Shown: positions 34,701-38,249 of the stretch, piece by piece
How positions within the stretch are numbered: position 1 is the first letter of the stretch
How the letters are laid out: each line of letters starts with the position of its first letter
Origin: Octopus sinensis
Taxonomy: Eukaryota
Length of the DNA stretch: 38,249 nucleotides
Direction: 5' to 3'
NCBI RefSeq assembly: GCF_006345805.1
Contig: NW_021835880.1
Coordinates: 1-38,249 of the forward strand
The notes under the pieces: generated by a model
Database searches by the model: none
Told to the model about the DNA's origin: nothing
The model's input: only the letters and a program-made list of their open reading frames with translations
Translations under genes and position numbers: made by a program

Positions 34701-34861
34701 ATATTTGAATATGGAACATAACTGTCCAAAGAAAAGAAACTAACAATATAGTGTCGGAAAATGAGATTAACGCTGTGAGCTGATTCAGTAACTGAATGTA
34801 TTCGTCTTAATAACTGGATAGCTTATGTGGTTGGCGCAAATGAAAGAGAGAAGCATAGAGT

Positions 34862-34899
<38 letters not shown>

Positions 34900-35023
34900 A
34901 GGGAGTGAGTTAAGGGGGACGACGAGAGAGAGAGAGTAAATAGATTCGAGTCTCGTCAGCCGTCGCTGGTTTTTAAGTATGTAGCAATGGAGTCATTGGT
35001 CGTTGCACAATATTTATGCTTAC

Positions 35024-35048
35024 CAGAAAAACGACTGATATTGAACAT
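35024..35048 (-). CDS. Candidate first coding exon portion (MFNISRFS + G)
   Basis: ATG at 35048 and donor CTG|GTAAGC; phase 1 matches the exon at 33331. A TATA-like TAATAAAAG lies at 35112-35120 on the minus strand. Confidence 0.3.
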
Positions 35049-35144
35049 AGCTAACTTAGCGCATGGCTGCGTCTCTCCTGTCTGTCTGTTCAGCTCTGTC
35101 CGACTGTTTGACTTTTATTAGCTGTGATTAGCTTAACCAAAACT

Positions 35145-35304
35145 TGACTGTTTTGCAATCAACATCTTTCGGTTCATTTCAGTTTCTGATGACGTCAGCC
35201 AAAGAATTTCATGTGTAGCTGTTGAATTTTGTTGTTAATTTTTCCATGACGTCATCACACACGACCAAAGACAATGTGTTTGTGATCTAATTGCAAAACA
35301 GTCA
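35145..35304. promoter_or_regulatory. Imperfect palindrome with two symmetric CRE/ATF sites
   Basis: Perfect 15-bp inverted repeat at 35145-35159/35290-35304; TGACGTCA at 35190-35197 and 35247-35254. Confidence 0.5.
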
Positions 35305-35474
35305 CAGGTTCTAAGTGAAGTAGAGACTTGCTACAAATTGGATTAATGTTTAAGTTAACGTAACACAAACCGGGGATACAAACAACTCCCAATCTAAAAC
35401 AAAATCCTGCGACTGAACTGAAATATCTCTAAAATCCCCTCTAATTTTAGGTGTAGGCTTGCAATTTTAAACTC

Positions 35475-35582
35475 AAATGGTACTCATTTTATTGACCACG
35501 AAAGATTATAAGGTAAAACCCACCTCGGCGACATTTAAACGCAGAACATAAAAGCCAGAAGAAATGTCGCTGAGCATTTTGT
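35475..35582 (-). mobile_element. SINE family 1-related fragment, diverged
   Basis: The reverse complement resembles tatgttctgcgtttaaatgtcgccgagg...agtacc. Confidence 0.55.
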
Positions 35583-35912
35583 CCATATATATTATGATAT
35601 ATATATATATATATATATAGTATGTATGTATGTATGTATGTATGTATATGCTTTCGGTGCGAATTGTTTATTTATACGGCGCGTATTTTACAATCCTGTA
35701 AATAATAATAATTATATTTTTATATAGGCTTAAAGTTTGTGGCAATCACTGTGCGATGACTAAGGAAAATAATCTAATAACGGAGCATATAAGCCCTTGA
35801 CAAAGAAGAGAAGGCTTTCCAATAATATATATTATATATATATATCTACCTATCTAGCTATCCATCATATATATTATATATATTTATATATATATATATA
35901 TAGATGGATAGC

Positions 35913-35958
<46 letters not shown>

Positions 35959-35961
35959 CAG

Positions 35962-36058
<97 letters not shown>

Positions 36059-36260
36059 TAGTATTAATAATGATTAAGGAGAACGGAGATTTTTCATATT
36101 CATTATTATATGTAACAGCATCCTTTCGGAACCTACACATGTTTCAACTCCAGGGTCTCCTATGCAACATAGGATCAAAGTCGATGCAGTTTCATCAGCG
36201 ATGTTACATTCACCCATTTCGAAGTGGAATTTCCGTTAATGCTATATATAACACTGTACG

Positions 36261-36305
<45 letters not shown>

Positions 36306-36336
36306 TCACACACACACACACATATATATATATATA

Positions 36337-36495
36337 CGACGGGCTTCTTTCAGTTTCCGTCTACCAAATCTACTTACAAAGTTTTGGTCGGTGCGAGGCT
36401 ATAGCAAAAGACACTTGGCCAAGGTGCAATACAATGGGACTGAACCCGGAACCATGTGGTTGAGAAGCAAGCTTCTTACCACACAGCCACTCCTG
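36337..36495 (-). mobile_element. SINE family 2, 5' portion
   Basis: cgacgggcttctttcagtttccgtctacc...gggactgaacccggaaccatgtgg. Confidence 0.85.
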
Positions 36496-36752
36496 CATCT
36501 ATGCATGTGTGTGTCTATATGTACATACATACATAGGGGTGGATAGAAAGAGAGGGCGCTGTCAGCAGGTTAGATCCAGTTATGCTCAATGCAGAAAACA
36601 TTTAGTACCGCTCAAATGATTTGAACTTACACTTGGGAATCTTTTACCGAGGATTAAGTCCTTGAGGTAAAAGGTGGCTGTACGAGGAATCCGGGTGAGC
36701 AGATATGGAGAGAATGAAGAAATAAAACGGCTGGGGCTAGCTGCATGAAATA

Positions 36753-37294
36753 CGATGACCGTCCACTCGTGACCGAGCAAGACCATCGCTGACCTTCAGT
36801 AAAACTGTGCGCTCTAGGACTAATTTATATTTTGCATTCGTGGCTCCGTTGGTGGCTAATGAGCCCTGCTCTTGACAAGCATACACGACAGCAAACATTG
36901 CAAACCAAGCATTCCCCATTCTTTACAACAGCAGTGCGCTTTCGAGCAGCACGCTTAAGTTCTTCATGCAGAATACGCTGCTCTCTCAAAATGTCGACCC
37001 TCTCCTTAACCTACTTCCTCCATCTGTGGTGATGACAGCCATCGCTTCCCCAGCTGATCTCCTGCATATCACAGGCCTTTAATGAAGACTTGATACACTC
37101 CTTAAATCGCAGCCTTGGTTTCTGCCGGCGTCTCTTTCCATTCAGGACAGCTGATATCTTCAGTATTGAAGTATTGAGACGATGGCGCACAAGGACCGGT
37201 TACGTTGAGCTGGACACTTTATTAGAATGAAGGATAGCAGGATCCCTAAGCAGATGCTATATGGGGAGCTAATGGAAAGAGACCCCGGCAGAAA
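36753..37294 (-). mobile_element. RTE-clade LINE insertion with an inverted 5' segment and a 9-bp TSD
   Basis: The minus part gives GKRRRQKPRLRFKECIKSSLKAC...CLVCNVCCRVCLSRAGLISHQRSH. The plus part (about 37162-37295) gives RLR*AGHFIRMKDSRIPKQMLYGEL. CATGAAATA occurs at 36744-36752 and 37295-37303. Confidence 0.88.
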
Positions 37295-37387
37295 CATGAA
37301 ATATACTTACATATGCATGTATAGATAGATAGACAGACAGATATACATAAATATATTCATGTGCATACGGTATACCTATATATATAA

Positions 37388-37618
37388 GACGGCGAGCTGG
37401 CCAGAAACGTTAGAGCACGCCGGGCGAAATTCGTAGCCGTATTTCGTCTGTCGTTACGTTCCGAGTTCAAATTCCGCCCGCGGTCGGAATATGCCTTTCA
37501 TCCTTTCGGGTCGATAAATAAGTACCAGTTACGCACTGGGGTCGATGTAGTCGATAATCCCTTTGTCTGTCCTTGTTTTCCCCTCTGTGTTTAGCCCTTG
37601 TGGGTCAGTAAAGAAATA
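37388..37618 (+). mobile_element. SINE family 1 monomer
   Basis: Full head-body match to the 19338 copy, with scattered 1-nt indels. Confidence 0.88.
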
Positions 37619-37627
37619 TATATATAT

Positions 37628-37765
37628 ACGGACGGGCTTCTTTCAGTTTCCGTTATACCAAATCCACGCACAAGGCGTTGGTCGCTTTGAAGCTATAGTA
37701 AAGACACTTCTCAAGGTGTCCACGCAGTGTGACTGAACCCGGAAACATGTGGTTGGTAAGCAAAC
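37628..37765 (-). mobile_element. SINE family 2, 5' portion
   Basis: Matches 21647-21800. Confidence 0.8.
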
Positions 37766-38249
37766 TATTTACCACACAGCTATTTATATGTTTAGCAGAG
37801 GAGACTTACAAGGGTATAAAGACACAAAATATAAGGGCAGAAGGTTATGGTTGGTTTACGGGTCCGAAGGCGCTTCTGAGGGGCTCGGAATTACGTCATA
37901 GTTTTGGCAGATGCAGAACGTCGAAAGTCAAGGATATGCAATCAGTAGTGGACAGCATATAAAACATTAAGTAAATCCGGCCTCCCGTCTCAGTGGGGAG
38001 AGAATAGGTACCTAACATCTAAAGGCATAATCCAGAGAAATTAATGTAAACAACATATTACATACATATATGGTTATATAACACAACGCACGCAGCATAC
38101 ATACATACATACAAACATACATACAAATAGATAGATAGATAGATGCATTTATATGTATGTAGTATATAATATATATATATATTATATCTATATAGTTGAT
38201 ACACACACGCATATGTTATATATTATCTATAGGTAATATCTATATATAT

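Noticed and set aside
35186-35200. CTGATGA as a hammerhead core
   Set aside because: No stem II or GAAA follows; better explained as part of the CRE palindrome.
37790-38060. Complex segment that might be a retroelement coding remnant
   Set aside because: No motif I can recognise with confidence.

Overview
AT-rich, microsatellite-saturated eukaryotic DNA. The repeat families look like octopus/coleoid cephalopod; this is pattern recognition, not verified. Most ORFs in the track are artefacts of (TA)n, (CA)n, (ATGT)n, (TATC)n, (GAT/GGT)n and (TTTC)n repeats. Supportable content: (1) a 3.9-kb R4/Dong-like non-LTR retrotransposon sitting in a (TAA)n tract, with RT, CCHC and restriction-like endonuclease (RLE) and only three frameshifts; (2) a decayed HERO-like RLE LINE bounded by (ATGT)n, with a copy of its own 3' end nested inside it, plus a second R4-like 3' end; (3) a full-length dead mariner, a pogo-like end with a PHD finger, RTE and CR1/L2-like LINE fragments, two Penelope-like GIY-YIG remnants and many copies of two tRNA-type SINE families; (4) at least seven hammerhead-ribozyme-like motifs, including one complete canonical type I hammerhead at 12582-12667 (+) and a U3:A8 covariant core at 31658-31695; (5) a hand-built, phase-consistent multi-exon host gene on the minus strand (about 35.05 kb to 13.45 kb) behind a palindromic twin-CRE element. 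The most promising system is the diverse set of short, microsatellite-embedded hammerhead-carrying elements (Penelope-LTR or retrozyme-like), alongside microsatellite-targeting RLE retrotransposons. All folds and splice models were made by eye and none has been computed.
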